Shown here: one piece after another, positions 36,883 through 46,783 of the stretch
How the letters are laid out: the number at the start of each line of letters is the position of its first letter
Position numbering within the stretch: position 1 is the stretch's first letter
Assembly (NCBI GenBank): GCA_002763075.1
Contig: PFDB01000002.1
Location: 62,286-126,285 of the forward strand
DNA length: 64,000 nucleotides
Direction: 5' to 3'
Source of the DNA: Candidatus Pacearchaeota archaeon CG10_big_fil_rev_8_21_14_0_10_34_76
GTDB taxonomy: Archaea; Nanobdellota; Nanobdellia; Pacearchaeales; GW2011-AR1
Made by a program: the position numbers and the translations under genes
The notes under the pieces: model-generated
What the model saw: the letters and a program-made list of their open reading frames with translations, nothing else
Told to the model about the DNA's origin: nothing
Databases searched by the model: none

Positions 36883-37822
36883 AATGAAACATTTATCTAA
36901 TTGTCCTTGTTGTGGAAGCAAAGATATTAAAGAGGAATTTAGGAACTTATGGGATAAGAGCTATTTTGTCGAGGGTAAATTTTCTATAGTTATTTGTAGT
37001 AATTGTAGGCTTGAGTTTTTAAACCCAAGTTTGACAGAAAAAGAATTAGGAAAATATTATCCTGTAGAAGAGTATTATTCTTTTTATGATTATAATAAAT
37101 TGGCTTTAAAGTATCATAAAATTTCTGCTAAGTTTCATTCTAAAAGAAATAAAATTTTAAGTTTTTTAATGAAACCCTTGAGTCCTCTTATGTATACTTA
37201 TCATTTAAGGAAGGGGAAAAATATTTTAGAAATAGGTTGCGGAAATGGAATGCAATTAGAGATTTATAGAAGATATGGGATGAAAACGTGCGGGCTTGAG
37301 CCTTATGGTCCTGAACTTACGGAAAAAGAAATAAAATTAGGAATAAAAAGAGAAAGCACTGACAAGGCCAAATTTCAAAATGAAACCTTTGATTATATTA
37401 TTTTGAAAGAAGTTTTAGAACATGTTCCGGATCAAGATAAGATACTTAAGAAGTGTCGCGACTGGATTAAAAAAGATGGAAAGATAGTAGTAACTGTTCC
37501 TAATACGAAGAGTATATGGAGAAATATTTTCAAAGATTGTTGGTTTGGGTATGATGTTCCAAGACATCTTTATAATTATAATCCTAAGAATATTTCTATG
37601 ATGTTAAAAAAGAATGGCTTGAAAGTGGATAAAATCCGGACTTATGATACCCCCTACATGCTTGATGGGTCTTTAAAGTTCTGGCTTGTTAAAAAAACAG
37701 GTAAAAAAGACCATAATTTTGTTTTTTCAAATTTTTCAAAAATATTACTTACTCCAGTTAGTCTTGTAGTTAGTTATCTGGGTGTAGGATCTCTTATGGA
37801 ATTAGAATGTTCTAGGATTTAA
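36872..37822 (+). CDS. Class I SAM-dependent methyltransferase with N-terminal zinc ribbon
   Basis: CPCC...CSNC, LEIGCGNG, EVLEH, DVPRHLY. Confidence 0.88.
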   Translation: MKDKMKHLSNCPCCGSKDIKEEFRNLWDKSYFVEGKFSIVICSNCRLEFLNPSLTEKELGKYYPVEEYYSFYDYNKLALKYHKISAKFHSKRNKILSFLMKPLSPLMYTYHLRKGKNILEIGCGNGMQLEIYRRYGMKTCGLEPYGPELTEKEIKLGIKRESTDKAKFQNETFDYIILKEVLEHVPDQDKILKKCRDWIKKDGKIVVTVPNTKSIWRNIFKDCWFGYDVPRHLYNYNPKNISMMLKKNGLKVDKIRTYDTPYMLDGSLKFWLVKKTGKKDHNFVFSNFSKILLTPVSLVVSYLGVGSLMELECSRI

Positions 37823-37872
37823 TAGTCAGTGAAATAACGATTAGTTTAAATAAGAAAAAAAGATGTCATTTC

Positions 37873-38907
37873 ATGGCTAAAAAATTGCCTAAAGTCAGTA
37901 TCGTTACTTGTACATATAACGGCGATCGTATAATAGAAGAATATTTCCAAGGAATATTTAGTCAAGATTATCCCTTAGAAAATATTGAGATAATTCTTGG
38001 AGATGGAGGAAGTACAGATAGAACTCTTAAAATAATAGAAGGATATATAAAAAAGTATCCTGAGATAATAAAAAAATTTCATAATAAGATGCAGTTTTCT
38101 ATAGGAAAGGGATACGGTATGGATCAAGCTACAAGAAAAGCTAATGGGGAGATTATAATACAACTAGACCAAGACAATATATTGACTCAAAAAAACTGGA
38201 TTAGTAGAATGGTCCAAATTCTTGAAGAAAATAAAGAAATCTCTGGTGTTCAGTCAAGATATTATGTTCCTAATGGGGCTTCGATTGTTGACAAATATGT
38301 TAATGCCTTAGGCATAGAAGATCCATTTGCTTCATCTTACTCATTAAATGCTCAGATTGTTCTAAATCCCTATAAATTCAAATATAACAAAAAAGGCGAT
38401 TTTTATGTTTATCCTGTGAACAAACATCGTTTCTATTATGCAGGGGATAATGGATTTGTTATAAGAAAAAAAGATTTTGTTGAGTCTGGAGGATATACTC
38501 AGGATATTGATAATTTCTACAGAATGACCAACTCTAAAAGAAAATATCTGATTGCTGTTCCGAAAGAAGTTAGATTATATCATAAAAGTAGTACAGAGTT
38601 AAAGCATATGCTTGAAAAAAGAGCATATTATGTTGGACATTACTTATTGAAGAATTTTGATTCTAGAGAGTTTTATTGGTTTAATATGAAAGCTAATACT
38701 TTTTCAGAAAATATGAGATTTGTTTTAACTGTTTGGTACAATTTGAGTTTTTTCCCAGCATTTTTTAAAAGTCTAAGTTTATATGCCAAGGAAAAGAAAT
38801 TGTATTGGTTGATACATGCACCCATCTTGTGGATTATGACAGTTAACTACATTAAGGCTTTCTTTTATTCTAAGTTATTCAAGAAACAGAGGGATGCTAA
38901 TATTTAA
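37873..38907 (+). CDS. GT2 glycosyltransferase
   Basis: VSIVTCTYNG, DGGSTDRT, LDQD. Confidence 0.9.
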   Translation: MAKKLPKVSIVTCTYNGDRIIEEYFQGIFSQDYPLENIEIILGDGGSTDRTLKIIEGYIKKYPEIIKKFHNKMQFSIGKGYGMDQATRKANGEIIIQLDQDNILTQKNWISRMVQILEENKEISGVQSRYYVPNGASIVDKYVNALGIEDPFASSYSLNAQIVLNPYKFKYNKKGDFYVYPVNKHRFYYAGDNGFVIRKKDFVESGGYTQDIDNFYRMTNSKRKYLIAVPKEVRLYHKSSTELKHMLEKRAYYVGHYLLKNFDSREFYWFNMKANTFSENMRFVLTVWYNLSFFPAFFKSLSLYAKEKKLYWLIHAPILWIMTVNYIKAFFYSKLFKKQRDANI

Positions 38908-40712
38908 CTTGGTTTAACTGTCCAAATATCTCCGAAGTGGAAAGGGTCTAACCTTTCAGTATCATCATCGTTTGGATCGTACATTTCATCCATGAGGTGT
39001 AAGACTGTTGCTTCTTTATTTCCTATAGGCATGTAACCATGCCAATATCCTGGAGGTGTTTTTACAAGGATGTGATTATTTTCTCCTATAACTTTAGTTA
39101 TAATCTCTGGTTCACCATTAGGATTTTCTTTTATAGCAATGTATTTTATGTTACCATTTATACATGTTGTGTAATCTGTTTGTTTTTTGTGTTTATGTAA
39201 TCCCTTGATTACCTCTGGATAAAGATTTGAGACAACAACTTGTCCAAATTTACCTTCGAAAATTTCATCATCTGCTCGAAGAGTTTCATATAGGTAGCCT
39301 TGATCATTAGCAAATGTTCTAAGTTGTTTTATCTTGAATTCTTTTGTTTCATTCTTGGGATTGTCTGAGTGGCTCGGATTATTCGGATTGGAAGTTAAAT
39401 CAAGAGAGTTGCTTGTAATCCTAGTGAATTGTGATTTGGTTGGAGAAAGGTTTTCTGGCTCTAAGATTCTAGCTTCTGGATAATGAACAATAAATCTTCC
39501 TCCCCTGTTTACAAAATCCTGCTCCTTTTGCATAATCTCGTCTGCATGATTCCAAGCAGAAAGAAGGGCATAATCAACAGTTTTGTCTTCATGAAATACC
39601 TCTGGAGAAACAATTGGAATATGTTTTCCTGGACTGTATGTCCCTTGTTTGAAAGGTGTTGAATCAGAAATATAATCAATTGTTTCTGTCCCGATATTGC
39701 AATAGTTTAGAACGATTGTTCCTTTTGATGCTGCAGCATAACCTACGATTTTCTTTCCTTGAGATTTTAGAGATTTAACAAGATTTTGTAATTCTAATTT
39801 TGATTTTTCTACATTTCTTGCAAAATCTAGATATGTTTGTAGGCTTTCGATTCCCCTGTTTCTTTCTTCCTCTAAGTAAGAAAATAAGCGCTCTGTCTTT
39901 CTGTATTTTCCGACCCTTGAGATAAACACGCGCATTGATCCTCCATGTGTCCATTGTTTTTCAGCGTCAAAAATTTCTAAGTTGTGCTTTCTTAGAATGT
40001 TTGAAAGAGAAGTTAGAGAAAAATACCAAATGTGTTCATCATATATTTGGTCGTAAGAAGTCTTTTCCAAAATATCCATGAGATAAGGATCTTCAGTTAT
40101 AAAAACACCGTCTTCTTCCAGAATTTCTGTTATACCCTCTAAAAAATCATTTATATCAATTATGTTTAGGAATACATTTGTTGTGAGCGCTACCTTGAAT
40201 TTGCCTTTTTGTCCTGCGACTCTGCTCGCTAGCTGCCTTGTGAAAAAATCTACTATTGTGTCTATTCCCTGCTTTTGGGCTACTTCTGCTACATTTGCTG
40301 AGGGTTCTATCCCTAAGACTTTATTGTTCTTAAAAGACTTAAGCATAATACCATCATTGCTCCCTATTTCGACAACTTTTGAACTGTCTGTTAAAAATTT
40401 AATTTCAACCTCTCTTGCAAGCTCTGCAAAATGATCTTCCATGAATTTAGAAGTTGATGAAAAAAATGCATAATTTGTCTTTCCAGTTTCATCTGGGACT
40501 ATGTATTTATCATAAGGAGGTGTTTCAACCAATTGCACCATTTTGCAGTTCTCACAGAAACCTACTTCCATATTGTATTTGAACTCGTTCTTGTTTAAAT
40601 CAGATTTCTTCAAGAATGCGTTCGCTATAGGCATTTCTCCGAAGGATATGAACTTGATAATGCTATGCTCACTGCACGCTTTACATGTAAGTCTTTCTGT
40701 GCTAAAACTCAT
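38904..40712 (-). CDS. NDP-hexose 3-C-methyltransferase-like protein fused to an RmlC-like cupin
   Basis: CKAC/CENC Zn site, VEIGSNDG, YDQIYDEH, HGGSMR, GYAAASKG, KQG.Y.PGKHIPI; low-complexity linker then KGLHKH...PPGYWHG cupin. Confidence 0.85.
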   Translation of the reverse strand: MSFSTERLTCKACSEHSIIKFISFGEMPIANAFLKKSDLNKNEFKYNMEVGFCENCKMVQLVETPPYDKYIVPDETGKTNYAFFSSTSKFMEDHFAELAREVEIKFLTDSSKVVEIGSNDGIMLKSFKNNKVLGIEPSANVAEVAQKQGIDTIVDFFTRQLASRVAGQKGKFKVALTTNVFLNIIDINDFLEGITEILEEDGVFITEDPYLMDILEKTSYDQIYDEHIWYFSLTSLSNILRKHNLEIFDAEKQWTHGGSMRVFISRVGKYRKTERLFSYLEEERNRGIESLQTYLDFARNVEKSKLELQNLVKSLKSQGKKIVGYAAASKGTIVLNYCNIGTETIDYISDSTPFKQGTYSPGKHIPIVSPEVFHEDKTVDYALLSAWNHADEIMQKEQDFVNRGGRFIVHYPEARILEPENLSPTKSQFTRITSNSLDLTSNPNNPSHSDNPKNETKEFKIKQLRTFANDQGYLYETLRADDEIFEGKFGQVVVSNLYPEVIKGLHKHKKQTDYTTCINGNIKYIAIKENPNGEPEIITKVIGENNHILVKTPPGYWHGYMPIGNKEATVLHLMDEMYDPNDDDTERLDPFHFGDIWTVKPS

Positions 40713-40804
40713 AAAAAGAAGCTTGATAGACGGTTTAAATAGTTTTCTTAAATAGAGTATATAGAAGTGGAAAAGCTTATTAATTTGACTTCCTGGGCAA
40801 AATT

Positions 40805-41734
40805 ATGACAATAGACAAATCAAATGTAGGGCTCATAGGACTTGGGAATGTATCCCGGTTCATTTTAAATGGGATAGACAGAGTTCCTGGATTGAACCTT
40901 GCTTCTGTTATGGACAAGGATGAAGGTAAAAGGAAGGGTGTCCCTGAAGAAAGAATTAATTTTTATTCTGAAGGAGAGATGAATTCATTTTTAAATAGTG
41001 TAGATTTGGTTGTGATAGCAACACCTCCTCATCTTCATAAAAGTCAGGCAATTGAAGCCTTGAATGCTGGGAAACACGTATTGTGTGAGAAACCAATATC
41101 TATTAGGTTTGAGGATGCCCAAGAGATGATAAGCACGGCAAGGAAAAATAATAGAGTTCTTATGGTTCCATGTCATCAAAGATACAACCCTCAAATTGAA
41201 GAATTAATCAAAGATAAAAGGTATATCGATTCGATAAGTTCTGTAGAGCTTAAGTTTTTAGAGGATATTGCTGAATTTACGCAAAATTCTTGGATTTTTG
41301 AAAGAGAAAAGTCAGGAGGTGGATGCATAATGGATAGCGGGATAAATGCTGTGGATTGCCTAGAGACTATTTTAGGACCAATTCAAATAGAAGGGGGCGA
41401 AATATCTTATAAAGATAAGATGAATAATTCTCTTAATGTTGAAACCTCTGCTGAAATTTATTTTCAATTTCGAAATGGAACAGGAAGGATGAAAATTAGC
41501 TGGGTTGCTGATACGAATGAATTTGGAATAGTCCTAAAATCCCCAGAGGGAGAAAGAAGGATTGATTTTAATTATGATCTTGGAATAAATTCCCAAATGT
41601 ATATTGAATATCAAAGAATTTTTTCTGAGTTTTTATCTTTAATACATTCTGAAGGGAGATATGAGGAAACAAGAGCGATTAGAAATCTTAAGATGGTAGA
41701 AACTATATATAAATTAGCTAAAGATGAAAGATGA
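40805..41734 (+). CDS. Gfo/Idh/MocA family oxidoreductase
   Basis: GLIGLG, GKHVLCEKP, SGGGCIMDSG. Confidence 0.9.
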   Translation: MTIDKSNVGLIGLGNVSRFILNGIDRVPGLNLASVMDKDEGKRKGVPEERINFYSEGEMNSFLNSVDLVVIATPPHLHKSQAIEALNAGKHVLCEKPISIRFEDAQEMISTARKNNRVLMVPCHQRYNPQIEELIKDKRYIDSISSVELKFLEDIAEFTQNSWIFEREKSGGGCIMDSGINAVDCLETILGPIQIEGGEISYKDKMNNSLNVETSAEIYFQFRNGTGRMKISWVADTNEFGIVLKSPEGERRIDFNYDLGINSQMYIEYQRIFSEFLSLIHSEGRYEETRAIRNLKMVETIYKLAKDER

Positions 41735-42708
41735 AAGGAAAAAAAGTTCTTATAACTGGAGGACTTGGATTCATTGGAAGTAATCTTGCGATAAAATGTT
41801 TGGAATTAGGAGCAGAGGTGTGCATTCTGGATAACCTAATGCCTGATACTGGAGCAAATTATCATAATATTGCCGGTTTTGAAGAGAAATTGGAAATCGT
41901 GGAGGGAGATATCCGTAATAGTGTGTTAATGAATGAGATAGTTAAAGAAAAAGATATTATCTTCAATCTCGCAGCTCAAGTGAGCCATGTTTTATCCATG
42001 GAAAATCCATTGCTTGATGTAGATATTAACTGCAAGGGACAGATAATTCTTCTTGAGGCATGCAGAATGAATAATCCAAGTGTGAAAATAGTTTATACTG
42101 GAACAAGAACTCAAACAGGATCTGTTGAAGGTGGTGTCATAAAAGAGATTATGAGGGATAATCCCAGTGATATATATGGGGCTGGAAAACTAGCTTCTGA
42201 AATATATCATCTGATATACTATAAGGCCTACGGGTTAAAGACAACTTCCTTAAGATTGACTAATATATATGGTCCAAGAGCGCAAATTAAAAATCCAAAA
42301 TACGGAGTTGTTAATTGGCTTATAGGAAAAGCAATAAGGGGGGAGGATTTGACCATATTTGAACCAGGAACTCAATTAAGAGATATTCTTCATGTTGATG
42401 ATGTTGTTGATGCTATGATTTTAGCTTCTGAGAAAGATGAGGCGAATGGAGAGGTTTTTCTATTGGGCTCTGGAAAAGGTATTTCATTAATAGAGATAGC
42501 TAACGATATTGTGAAATCTGTCGGAAATGGAAAGGTTAGATTAGTGCCTTGGCCTCCTGAGAGGAAGAATATTGAGGTGGGGGATGCGGTGTTGGATTGT
42601 GGTAAAATAAAAGAGAAATTGGGTTGGGAAGCTAAAATAAGTTTTGAAGAAGGTATGAAGAGAACGATTGAATTCTTTGAGAAAAATTTGAATAGATATT
42701 TAGGTTAA
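41731..42708 (+). CDS. NAD-dependent nucleotide-sugar epimerase/dehydratase
   Basis: TGGLGFIGS, YGAGK, NIYGP. Confidence 0.92.
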   Translation: MKGKKVLITGGLGFIGSNLAIKCLELGAEVCILDNLMPDTGANYHNIAGFEEKLEIVEGDIRNSVLMNEIVKEKDIIFNLAAQVSHVLSMENPLLDVDINCKGQIILLEACRMNNPSVKIVYTGTRTQTGSVEGGVIKEIMRDNPSDIYGAGKLASEIYHLIYYKAYGLKTTSLRLTNIYGPRAQIKNPKYGVVNWLIGKAIRGEDLTIFEPGTQLRDILHVDDVVDAMILASEKDEANGEVFLLGSGKGISLIEIANDIVKSVGNGKVRLVPWPPERKNIEVGDAVLDCGKIKEKLGWEAKISFEEGMKRTIEFFEKNLNRYLG

Positions 42709-43676
42709 ATCAGAGAATCTAATTTTATGTTTCCAGAAGGAACCTCGTTAACTTTGTATCCTCTTTGTTCTAAAACTACTTTAGCAGATTTGTAAGCCTT
42801 CTCTCCAAAAAAATGTTTGGAATTGCTTAGAAGAGTTCCTAAACAATCATCTACTATTACAAACCCACCCGTTTGGGGAGAAGGTTTAGGAGTGTTTCCA
42901 AAGATGTCTGGTTTAACTCTCATTCCCCTAGAATTATCATTACCTATAGTACTCAAGACTTCATCTATCTCATTTAGAGAATAGACTAAAATATCTCTGC
43001 TTTTTTCTCCCATTCTACTCAGTAGCTCTTTTGCAGAAATTCCTAATTGAGTATAACCATTGAATTGAGAATCTAAGCTTACTTCAAATCCTCTTGAAAA
43101 TCCAGTATAAATCATATTTCCTATTTCATCTGGATTAATTCCTAAATGTCTGACGAGGTTCCATCTTGGAAATCCATCCATGTCGAACATTCCCTTGACT
43201 AGATTTGGATGTGCCTCTTGTGCCTTGACCAACCACATATTGGCATTCTGCCCGGCTGTAGGAATATCGTAAAATCCTGCTCCGTGTTGTGTTGCTCCTT
43301 CATCTCTTCTTGAGAACAATATCATTTCATCAGAAGTGATTGGCATTATCTCTGTGCTCAAACCATGAATAATAGTTGGAGAAGCGTTGCTTTTTCCAGT
43401 TTCTGAAGCTAGTTTGACCATTCCTAGTAAGTACTTGTAGCTTGTTGTGCTACAGTGTAAGAGAAACTTTCCTGGAGAAGATTCTACTTCTAATGTTGTT
43501 GGAATTGGTGAGCTTGTCCAACCTTTATTATCTTTGTCCCACTTTCTTTCTGCATATTCTCTGAATTCATTATCTATAACAAAATCCCTATCATTTAGGG
43601 CACCTACCATTGTTGAGTCTATAGGATTATCAGTTGTGTGAACGTAAAATTCTTGCCTGGGGAATGTTTTTTCCAT
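42705..43676 (-). CDS. Hypothetical protein, divergent Nudix-like fold (NUDT22-like)
   Basis: GLSTEIMPITSDEMILFSRR...GFYDIPTAG resembles the Nudix N-terminal strands; no canonical Nudix box. Confidence 0.5.
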   Translation of the reverse strand: MEKTFPRQEFYVHTTDNPIDSTMVGALNDRDFVIDNEFREYAERKWDKDNKGWTSSPIPTTLEVESSPGKFLLHCSTTSYKYLLGMVKLASETGKSNASPTIIHGLSTEIMPITSDEMILFSRRDEGATQHGAGFYDIPTAGQNANMWLVKAQEAHPNLVKGMFDMDGFPRWNLVRHLGINPDEIGNMIYTGFSRGFEVSLDSQFNGYTQLGISAKELLSRMGEKSRDILVYSLNEIDEVLSTIGNDNSRGMRVKPDIFGNTPKPSPQTGGFVIVDDCLGTLLSNSKHFFGEKAYKSAKVVLEQRGYKVNEVPSGNIKLDSLI

Positions 43677-43890
43677 GTTTATCTGTTAAGAAAAGTGTTT
43701 AAAAATGTATGTGTAATCCGGATTTTTCAAAATTTACATTAGAATTATGCAAAAACAATATCAGTTTGTTAGATGGTTTGAAGAAGAAATTTCTAACTTT
43801 GAAATATGGTCCTAAAAAGCTAAAAAAATAATACTAGCCATTTTAAGGAAAGTTACGTTAATACATAGAATATAACTTATGTACAAAGTC

Positions 43891-43913
43891 TTAAAGAACA
43901 GCCTTGCACATAA
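43891..43913. repeat. Left target-site duplication plus left terminal inverted repeat
   Basis: TTAAAGAAC|AGCCTTGCACATAA. Confidence 0.85.
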
Positions 43914-43917
43914 ATGA

Positions 43918-44925
43918 TTAGTGTTTATGTGCAATATAGTTGTCTGCACATTTTTTAAAATTAATATCTATCTTATTTAAGAAAATCTCCTGAACCAAAC
44001 AGCAGAGGTTATGACACAGACACTTCAATAAAATCTCATTATCTTGGCTTATTTGCTTCTTACAGCGAACATTATTACCAAATCGTGCCTTAATCATGGA
44101 GAACACGCTTTCTACATTAGAACGCTTATGATAATGCTGTAAAAACTCATCTTTGTGTTCATTAAAATAGCGATACATTGTTCCCCAAATCCCCAATGTA
44201 TGATTTCTTACTCTCTTTCCAGAAGTGCTTTTTTTGAAAGGGATGTAGGGAACGGCTCCGAGTTCAGAAATTAGATTTAAATTTTTCCTTGAAGAATAAC
44301 CTTTGTCTGCTGAGACTTCTTGAACATTCCAGTTAGAGAATGTCCTTTTGACAACACCTTCAAATTGTGTAGAATCATGAGTATAACCTTCGGTAACCTC
44401 AACAGATGTTATTATGTTAGTCTTAACTCCACACATTGCATGGCATTTTCTGAACTCTCTCCTTTTCGCATTCTTGTCTCCATGTTTCACGTCAAACCAC
44501 CTCACAAATTTAGAGGTTCCGAATCCTGTCGCATCAACTGCAAAATCAAGTTCAATCTGTTTCAAAGGCAATGCAGATATTTCTATAAGCTCTTTTAGAA
44601 TTAATTTTAATGATGGTTCTTCAAGATATTTCAATAAAGTATTGAAATGAAATTCTTTATGAATAAGGTCAAGTTCTTTAGCAAGTTTTAGGTCGCTATG
44701 AACTCTACGTGAAGAGAAGGTTAAATAGTTCTTCAAGGCAAGAGCATAAATCATATCTGAATAGTTTACTGGCTTCCTTCCTTTGCTATGTGGTGGTTGT
44801 TCTATTAGATTACAGATTTCCCTTAGTAATTGCATGAAAATGGTTTTCTCTTTCATCTGGCTTTCATTATACTTGCTCCAGCTAAAGTTATCGGTCCAAT
44901 CCCAGAGGTTTCTTTGTTGTTCCAT
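43918..44925 (-). CDS. DDE transposase, IS5 family (IS903-like)
   Basis: WSKYN, GRKPVNYSD, VDATG, RKCH, HD, ADKGY, YHKRSNVESVFSMIK. Confidence 0.92.
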   Translation of the reverse strand: MEQQRNLWDWTDNFSWSKYNESQMKEKTIFMQLLREICNLIEQPPHSKGRKPVNYSDMIYALALKNYLTFSSRRVHSDLKLAKELDLIHKEFHFNTLLKYLEEPSLKLILKELIEISALPLKQIELDFAVDATGFGTSKFVRWFDVKHGDKNAKRREFRKCHAMCGVKTNIITSVEVTEGYTHDSTQFEGVVKRTFSNWNVQEVSADKGYSSRKNLNLISELGAVPYIPFKKSTSGKRVRNHTLGIWGTMYRYFNEHKDEFLQHYHKRSNVESVFSMIKARFGNNVRCKKQISQDNEILLKCLCHNLCCLVQEIFLNKIDINFKKCADNYIAHKH

Positions 44926-45011
44926 TATATAAGCTATCTACTTATTATATAAGTATATAGGATATATAAACATTTCTATATACAAAACTACTACAAATAT
45001 AGAGAAACTAA

Positions 45012-46172
45012 TTAATTCTCAAAACCAAAGTTGTTTGCTCTTTTTACAAGTTCTTGAATAGTTATTTGTTCTTCTCTCTGAACTAAGTTATCTAAAAATT
45101 GTATTAATTTGAAAACACTTAGCGGATTATACTTTCTCCTTATTGCCCCTTCCAACAATTTGAGCCCAGACTTATCAAATTTGCCAAATACTGGATTTTC
45201 CTTAAATAACTCTAGGATTAGCTTTTCCTTATAGGAAAAAATTAATGGAACTGTGTATTGTTCATAAAATTTACCATAAATGTAATCCTCATAAGTCAAG
45301 GGAGTTAGGTTAGATATTTCATTTAAAACACCATCTGTTAAATATTTTTCAAATTCTCCTCTGAGAATTTTACTTTCCTTTCTAAATAAATCTGCAACTG
45401 TCCTATTTGTTAAATTTAATATTGTTTCAGGCTTATATCCAGATTCCAACCAAGAAGTATAATCTTTTGACTTTAAGTCTTGAGGGTCAACAACTTTAAT
45501 GACTTGTTTTTTCCCACCACCTTTCCAGTTTTTTGCCCAACCTTCAGCAACCAAACTAAAACAAGGCATAAATCTACAATCTTTATTATGCTCTCCTGAA
45601 AACTTAAATGGAACTGCAATAGTAAACACTCTTTTACCAGTAAGTGCCTTAAAAGTAACTACCCTCTTGACAACTTTTGAGAATGAAGGATAGCCTCCGA
45701 ATGGAGCACCATAGAAAACTGAAAGATAATCAAAATTATGACTCAAATCTGAAAGCTCCTGTGGAGGCATCTCAGATTTGTAAGACATTTCTAATACTAT
45801 TTCTTTGCTGAAGTTCCTATTAAGCTTTAGCTCTTCACATAAGTCAACCTTAGATTTCACGTCAAAATCATTTTCTTTTTTAAAATAAGGAAAAACTATA
45901 AAGTCAGAGTTTAGCTCAATTTGTTTATCTACTACTTTCTTTAACACTTCTTCCGAAAACACAGTTGCTGAACAATCAGGATAATTCAGAACTATCATAT
46001 TTTTCCTAACAAATTCTGAAATCTCTGGAAAGCTTTGGTCTGGCTTAGCACGATTGAAGTATATTGCTCCTTCAACGTAATCAACTCCCATCTCTTCTAG
46101 GTCTTTCTTAGTGTACATTCTAGCTGGTGAATGTAACTTCTTTCCGTTGTTAATTTTTATTATCTTCTTCAT
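45012..46172 (-). CDS. Hypothetical protein, possible divergent TGT-like TIM barrel
   Basis: N-terminal IKINNGKKLHSPARM and SEEVLKKVVDKQIELNSDFIVFP recall TGT motifs; no TGT Zn site evident. Confidence 0.45.
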   Translation of the reverse strand: MKKIIKINNGKKLHSPARMYTKKDLEEMGVDYVEGAIYFNRAKPDQSFPEISEFVRKNMIVLNYPDCSATVFSEEVLKKVVDKQIELNSDFIVFPYFKKENDFDVKSKVDLCEELKLNRNFSKEIVLEMSYKSEMPPQELSDLSHNFDYLSVFYGAPFGGYPSFSKVVKRVVTFKALTGKRVFTIAVPFKFSGEHNKDCRFMPCFSLVAEGWAKNWKGGGKKQVIKVVDPQDLKSKDYTSWLESGYKPETILNLTNRTVADLFRKESKILRGEFEKYLTDGVLNEISNLTPLTYEDYIYGKFYEQYTVPLIFSYKEKLILELFKENPVFGKFDKSGLKLLEGAIRRKYNPLSVFKLIQFLDNLVQREEQITIQELVKRANNFGFEN

Positions 46173-46467
46173 TTTCTATATTTAGTACGTAGTTTTTTAT
46201 TTTCTCAAATTCAGACTCCTTAAGTTTTTTTAAGGCATGAGTATATCTCTGGATTGTAACTCTATGTACTCCTAATTTTTGAGCCACCTCTTTGTTATTA
46301 TAGCCCCTCATCATAGTTAGAAGCACAGGTCTAAGCAAGTCTATATTGAAAGCATTAGCTTTACATATTTCTTCTACCTCTTTTTCAAGTTGTAAATTCT
46401 GTATTAATTTACCCATGTTACTAAGTGTAACATTGGACTTAATAAACCTTTCTATTGCACTATCCAT
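46150..46467 (-). CDS. Helix-turn-helix DNA-binding protein
   Basis: GYNNKEVAQKLGVHRVTIQRY; start moved to ATG 46467. Confidence 0.8.
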   Translation of the reverse strand: MDSAIERFIKSNVTLSNMGKLIQNLQLEKEVEEICKANAFNIDLLRPVLLTMMRGYNNKEVAQKLGVHRVTIQRYTHALKKLKESEFEKIKNYVLNIENEEDNKN

Positions 46468-46681
46468 GAACCTTTTCCTCCATGATAATAACATAAGCCC
46501 TATGTCCTGCAAAATCTTGAGAAGTAGATATATAGGCTCCAGAAGAATTTTTACTAACCTTTGTCTCAAAAATTCTAATCGCTTTGTCTTTTGAAACTTT
46601 TATCTTGGAGTTTTTCTTGATAGATATGTTCTGAGCAAGCTCAAGTTTTTGTAACTCTTTATACTTTGGTGGTCTTGACAT
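46460..46681 (-). CDS. DUF2080-like (AbrB-fold) transposon-associated protein
   Basis: IFETKVSKNSSGAYISTSQDFAGHRAYVII fits the recalled DUF2080 pattern. Confidence 0.65.
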   Translation of the reverse strand: MSRPPKYKELQKLELAQNISIKKNSKIKVSKDKAIRIFETKVSKNSSGAYISTSQDFAGHRAYVIIMEEKVHG

Positions 46682-46783
46682 TACTTAGGTAATACTTAAG
46701 TAACTATTTAAGCATTTCTATCAAAAAGTTTATATACAAGCAGTTATTAGATAAGTTAATGACTTATAAAAAGTAGTGATAAA

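Noticed and set aside
43747-43815. 22-aa ORF containing FVRWF, as in the transposase
   Set aside because: Match is only five residues; cannot be distinguished from chance, though it lies near the decayed element end
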